Below, in pieces: positions 63,574 through 64,000 of a stretch of 64,000 nucleotides of DNA. The position numbers were made by a program, and so were the translations under genes. The notes under the pieces are model-generated. The model was given only the letters and a program-made list of their open reading frames with translations. It was not told where the DNA came from and made no database searches. Position 1 is the stretch's first letter. Each line of letters starts with the position of its first letter. Source of the stretch: Callorhinchus milii (Eukaryota); NCBI RefSeq assembly GCF_018977255.1, contig NW_024704773.1, forward strand, positions 3,348,001 through 3,412,000, read 5' to 3'.

Positions 63574-63898
63574 GTGGAGTCCTGTAGCTCAGTGGTTAGA
63601 GCACTCGCTTTGCAAGCTTTGCAAGTTGCAATTCCAGGCAGGGCGAAACCTTGAGCAAGTTTCCTTACTCCACACGCCTAATAATAATCCCTCCAAAACC
63701 AAAAATAATAATAAAAAAATTGGTCATTTTCAACCTACGACTGTTTGTGGGACATTGCTGTGCGCAATTGGCTGCCGTGTTCGTCCACAAATATACAGTC
63801 AATTCACTTTACAGTGTGTTCTGTGAAGCGCTTTGGGGCGTCCTCCTGACGTGAAAAGCGCTATATCAAATGCAAGGATTATTATTATTATTGTTGTT
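63574..63898 (+). mobile_element. Young tRNA-derived SINE, short subfamily
   Basis: gtggagtcctgtagctcagtggttagagcactcgctttgcaag head; body nearly identical to the reverse complement of 35661-35986. Confidence 0.9.
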
Positions 63899-64000
63899 GA
63901 AGCAAGTGCTCTGTGGCATTACCCTGCATGAAAGGCACTACGTAAAGTTCAGAAGTTATTGTCGTTAAATCTGACACTTGACCCTTTGGCTATGAGAGTG

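Noticed and set aside
56272-64000. Fibrillin exon 7 (cbEGF1, DVDEC...)
   Set aside because: No matching Cys-spaced frame found by eye; it probably lies beyond the window.
1-64000. CRISPR arrays, operons or other prokaryotic systems
   Set aside because: The sequence is a spliced vertebrate gene with retroelements; there is no regularly spaced repeat-spacer array.

Overview
Eukaryotic (vertebrate) genomic DNA. The repeat content (DeuSINE/SacSINE-like SINEs, L2 and CR1 LINEs) points to a cartilaginous fish, possibly a chimaera; this is inference. The window holds the 5' part of one + strand fibrillin gene, closest to FBN2, although FBN3 orthology is not excluded. Six coding exons with consistent GT-AG boundaries and phases (7570-7754, 9640-9722, 12178-12276, 14043-14138, 16068-16163, 56074-56271) encode the signal peptide, furin site, N-terminal FUN domain, EGF1-3 and hybrid domain 1. 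Intron 5 is 39.9 kb, and I could not find exon 7 before the window ends. The rest is intronic or upstream DNA dense in decayed retroelements; nearly all listed ORFs are repeat-derived or spurious. Notable observations: (1) an unclassified ~350-400 bp repeat family that one copy links to reverse transcriptase (RT) fragments of a third LINE clade (RTEX-like); (2) a near-perfect 35-bp-arm hairpin made from a CR1 3' end; (3) three 60-70 bp locally copied duplications, one bracketing exon 6; (4) a degenerate fold-back just upstream of exon 6; (5) a chimeric tRNA-Ala-like SINE with two subfamilies. I found no evidence for a new multi-gene system.
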